A stretch of DNA of 56,587 nt, filler included, from Dugesia japonica (Eukaryota), in the NCBI GenBank assembly GCA_001938525.1. It is 6 parts of 6 records of this genome, joined end to end, with 100 filler letters (N's around TTAATTAATTAA, not from the genome) between each part and the next. Parts side by side here need not be neighbours in the genome. Positions count along the whole stretch, not along the records: positions 47,525 to 56,587 come from MQRL01320483.1; 5 more parts are not named here. One strand, 5' to 3'. Both the position numbers and the translations under genes were made by a program. Under the pieces are notes generated by a model, which saw only the letters and a program-made list of their open reading frames with translations, did no database searches and was not told the DNA's origin. Numbering within the stretch: the first letter of the stretch is position 1; each line of letters begins with the position of its first letter. Below, in pieces: positions 52,294-56,587 of this stretch.

Positions 52294-53029
52294 AAAACAT
52301 ATATATAATTTGAATTACAAGATTTATTTCAAATTATATTGTATCTTTGGTTGATCATAATAGTTTAAAATTAAATACAATAATTTACTTTAATTGACTG
52401 ATTCGGTAATAAAATACTACGTGTTATGCAATGTGCAGTATTAATTTGCTTACTATCTCTAGTAGCTTAAATGTGTTCACTTGTTTTACTGTCACACTGG
52501 TAGTAGTGTCACATTGGTTTACTACGTGTGAACTGCAACTAACTATGTGTAAACTGCAGATAACTATGTATACATTGTAACCAGTTATTTGTAAATTGTT
52601 GCAAGCTGTGTAAAAATTGTAATAAGCTATATGCAAATTGTGACCACCAATGTATAAATTGTAGTAAGCAAATTGCAACCATCTAATATACATTAAGATA
52701 TTAGTTTGAAATTTTTTAGGACTAAATTTTAATTGGAAAACATGCTTTTAAAAAATCTCTATAGATTTGCACAAAATACTAAGTCTTTAAGCCCTGATTA
52801 AAATATAAACTAATTTTATTAGGATTTATTAAATTTCCATTATTGCCTTAATTTTAATAAGTTTCAAAAATTTCGTTAATTTTTCTAAAGTCATTTAAAA
52901 TTAATTATTTGCACAAAAGTTAATTTAATTTTATTAATTTCCCCTTAAGCTCCCTGTTAATTTCTGTAAAGTTTATCGAATATAATAGGTTTAATAGATT
53001 TATAGTGCTCATTAGGTGTTATTTGTTGT

Positions 53030-55480
53030 ATTTCTTTCATAGACTTCGACATTCCCGAGCTGATATTCGGCAAAAATGATTCAAAATCGAAAATAGTTTC
53101 TTATCAAAATGTCGAAGAAATAAAACATGTGACGGGGAAGGAGAAGTACTGTGCCAGGGTGCTAGTATACATCTACTAACATCTAATTGTAAATACATTT
53201 GTAGTAGCCTCCAGTGAACTGCACAATTATGTTTTGAGTAATGTGTTAGAAAGATTTTCTTAATTTTACTACCTGGATTACTTTGATGTTCTGATGTTAC
53301 TGGTATATCGTTTAAATAATCATGGTGCTCATTAGAAATTTCTGTCTACTTCTACTTTAACAATGGATGGCTTCAACCCACTCTTCTACTAGTGGAGCCC
53401 TGCCTTTTGGGTACTGCCTTTCAGAATCACTTTCATATACTTCATCCTATCCATCGTTTGTATTGAAATTTTCATCTTCAATCGCATGTACTCGATTATA
53501 TCAGTTTCTGCAGTCATAAAGTTCTCACTTTTTCTTTTCATTTTCAAATGTCCACCATTTCTACAACAAAAGCATTTTGTTGAGTTTTTAATTAGAAAAT
53601 CTCGACTTATATGTCTTGTTTTATGATAAGTCCAACACTCTACCACTTTTTTATAGGACAATTTGCTTTAGTGTGACTGGTCTTATGACAACCAACATTC
53701 GATAATTCATTTTTCCTTTATTTGATCCACATGTCTATTCACTGTATGATATACAGGTTTCTGATAATTTCGACTTGTAACTCTCGCGTAACTTCTAAAT
53801 GCATAAACTTGATCTCTGGTTTTCTCTACTCGATCTATTAACATTATTGTTTCTTCAATTTCTTCTATATTATGTCGTTTCTCCACAGTCACTTTTTTCT
53901 TAAACTTTTTGTTATCTAAACATTGTTATCTTTTACATTTTTTAAATAAATTTGAATCTCTTCATTTCCACGACTGTAGTTAATCCAATTTGAAAGTCTT
54001 TAATAACATCTTTCTTTTTTTAAATTCCATACGTAAACAAGCCTGAAAACCTTCAACTTTTTTCAACGTCTTTACATATTCTTCCAACAAATCATCATCT
54101 AACAAACAAGAGACTAATNNNNNNNNNNNNNNNNNNNNNNTGATGTTTTTAGCTTCAAAATACAATTCGCACCGCTTTATGAATTTCTCAATATCATCTC
54201 TTCTAGAGAACACATTCGGCAATAACCTCTATGTAATAGAATCGGTATTAATCAGGTTAGGTAAATCTTCAAATGGATAATTCATTTTCCAAGTCAAAAC
54301 TAATATTTTTAGACATAATTTGTTTCACAATTAAAACATCAATTAGTTGAGATAAGTGATTACAATTAATTAAATATTAATATTCAATTTAATCGCTTTG
54401 TATTGGCTAAAATTATTAATAATTTATTATTTCCTTATACAGATACTGACAGAAATTTGAATAATATTGAATTGCAACTGAAAAATGAAAGAAAAGAATC
54501 GAAAATTATGGCACTAATAGAAATATTATGTGATATTATAGATTTATTCAGTAAATATAAAATGGATATTTGGAGAACAAATTCCATTCAATATGCTACA
54601 GAAACAAAGAATGATGTTCCTATGGCAATTAAACCCCGAAGAATATCAAAGAGCTTACGAAATGATGTTGGAAAAATGATAAATGAGCTTTTGAAACTTA
54701 ATATTTTTAGAGAAAGTACGTGATTTGTCACTTGTGATTGTCAGAAAAAGAAATAGAGATTTACAAATGTGCGTTGACTAGGTCTTTAAATGTGAAAACA
54801 TCTCGATCAATTTTTCCCATCTGCAGATGAATTATTTTATACCGTTTCCGATACCATGTATTTCACGAGTCTAGATTTGCTAAGTCGTCATTACCAAGTT
54901 CCAATAAATGAAGATATTCAGAAAACTGCTTTCAGCACAAGATATGATCAATTTGAGTTCAACAGAATACCTTTCCGATTGTGCTGGACACCTGTTGGGG
55001 TTTTATTTAGGCAGCACTACTTTAAATTCAAGTCTAGGGTAATATATTTAGTAAAACCACCCGAAGAATTTGGTCGAGTGTCCGGGTTCTAGGATTTTGG
55101 CTGATGACTTGGAACCCGTAATTCGAGAGCATGCTCGTATTCGTTTGTTTCGGGTCCATAGCTACCAAGTTTGTAACATGAGCAATGATTAATAAACGAG
55201 TAAGTGTAGTCTTGCTTATAACTAACACTACAAATTATTATAAAGAAATAAAATTTATACAATAAGAATTAAAAGGTTTGTTAAGGTTTATTTACAGTAC
55301 TGAATACATTAGATAAAACAACACCATTCCATCATACCGTTACATTATACAGTAGCATACACAGACATTCGTGGAGCATTATACGTCAACTATCTACACT
55401 ATCTACTACCATCTTGTGACTAATATGTGGGGCCTTTACACACGCAAGCCGTCTTCTGGTGAAATCCATCACCAGCCTTG
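53030..55480. mobile_element. Gypsy relics: gag with zinc knuckles (minus, 53390-54290), RT (plus, 54500-55000), LTR/PBS junction (minus, ~55160-55180)
   Basis: CWTYHKTRHISRD and CFCCRNGGHLK knuckles. YFTSLDLLSRHYQVPINE and KTAFSTRYDQFEFNRIPF. Reverse complement TGTTACA-AACTTGGTAGC. Confidence 0.78.
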
Positions 55481-55909
55481 CCCAGTAGTATCGAGTAGTC
55501 ACCTGAAAACATATGAGCTCATTAAGTATCGGCAGTAATACAACCACCACTTAGCAACAAGTGTTTAAAGTTACCGGCCTCAATTTCCACTGGGCTGCCA
55601 TTTTTTTCAATCTTATTTTATTCTGTTATAATAGAGTTCAAAAATGGTGAATTTGGAAAAATTTAAATATTTTAATTTGAACAGAATCTAAAAAAATTAT
55701 TTGTAATAAATTTTNNNNNNNNNNNNNNNNNNNNNNNNNNNNNNNNNNNNNNNNNNNNNNNNNNNNAAAATTCAATAAACATTCATTCATCAATCACTAA
55801 TAGTTATACAAAAATTAGAAAAGGCTAAGAAAAAATTCAAAAATTTTATTTCACAAATCAGCTTAAATACACATCTTTCTGGATAAATATGACATAATAT
55901 ATCTAGTTA

Positions 55910-56395
55910 TCAGACAACCGATTTAGTGTGAGTATTAATAAATAAACCTAAATTGAAGAAAAGATCATTCCAACTTTTGAAATGATTTTTTCTTTTTTTG
56001 ATCCAAGTACATAAACCATTATGATAAATCGGATTTGATCCGTCAAATCTAGAATCAATCATTATCATAGCTCCCCAATCCTCGCGATGCCTAATACAAC
56101 GGCCAATAGCTTGATTGAGAGCTCTAAATGCTTGAATATTATACCATTCAATTCCAGTTAAACATTGATTATCTGTGTTTTTATGCTGTTGGTTTTTCTT
56201 TGTATTGTAGTTCATTTTTAGTGATACCTTGAACACGGAATAGAATCAGTACACTGGTTCATAATAGAACAAACTTTAGGATCAGTCACTGATGGATATG
56301 GTATTCCTACTGTTACAACAAGACGAGCGGCGTCATCGGCAAAGTCAACTCCTTCACTGGCTTTACCCCGGAAAACAGCAAGTAACAAGGCGCCA
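55910..56395 (-). CDS. BRIP1: FANCJ/BRIP1-type XPD-family helicase, last two exons (>56395-56275, 56227-55910)
   Basis: [34 protein letters not shown] and [34 protein letters not shown]. The RALNQA/DWGA signature favours FANCJ over RTEL1. 47-nt intron at 56274-56228. Confidence 0.85.
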
Positions 56396-56587
56396 NNNNN
56401 NNNNNNNNNNNNNNNNNNNNNNNNNNNNNNNNNNNNNNNNNNNNNNNNNCGCGGTTCCATAAAAATTGATTTGTGTTTTCTGATTTCATCAATTAACCGC
56501 GTATCCTTAATAGAGAATGAATGATGGGCTTAATTGTTTAAGAAATAATTCATAGTAATAAATTATTTATGTGAAACCAATTTTCCA

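Overview
Very AT-rich eukaryotic (animal) DNA with GT-AG introns as short as 47-69 nt. The style suggests a planarian or other flatworm, but that is inference. The window is not one contiguous locus. Five artificial N-TTAATTAATTAA-N spacers join six segments: 1-8705, 8806-18978, 19079-28047, 28168-38202, 38303-47424 and 47525-56587. Host genes: two exons of an SLC16/MCT-type transporter, one possible MATE exon, a complete 4-exon secreted/GPI-type protein with three tandem Ly6/uPAR domains, four exons of an axonemal dynein heavy chain, the 3' end of a BRIP1/FANCJ helicase, and a complete intron-containing GH25 muramidase that looks bacterial (candidate domesticated horizontal transfer). The remainder is dominated by decayed mobile DNA: Tc1/mariner, hAT, piggyBac, Merlin, PIF and pogo MITEs, Gypsy relics, Maverick/Polinton relics and a Penelope-like element. 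Best leads: (1) the spliced GH25 lysozyme; (2) minimal hammerhead ribozymes, both in the Penelope repeats and in a dispersed ~100-bp non-coding repeat family; (3) the triple-Ly6 gene built by exon+intron duplication; (4) a recurrent RGATAGTRG terminus family, plus Maverick relics with a neighbouring TBP-like remnant.
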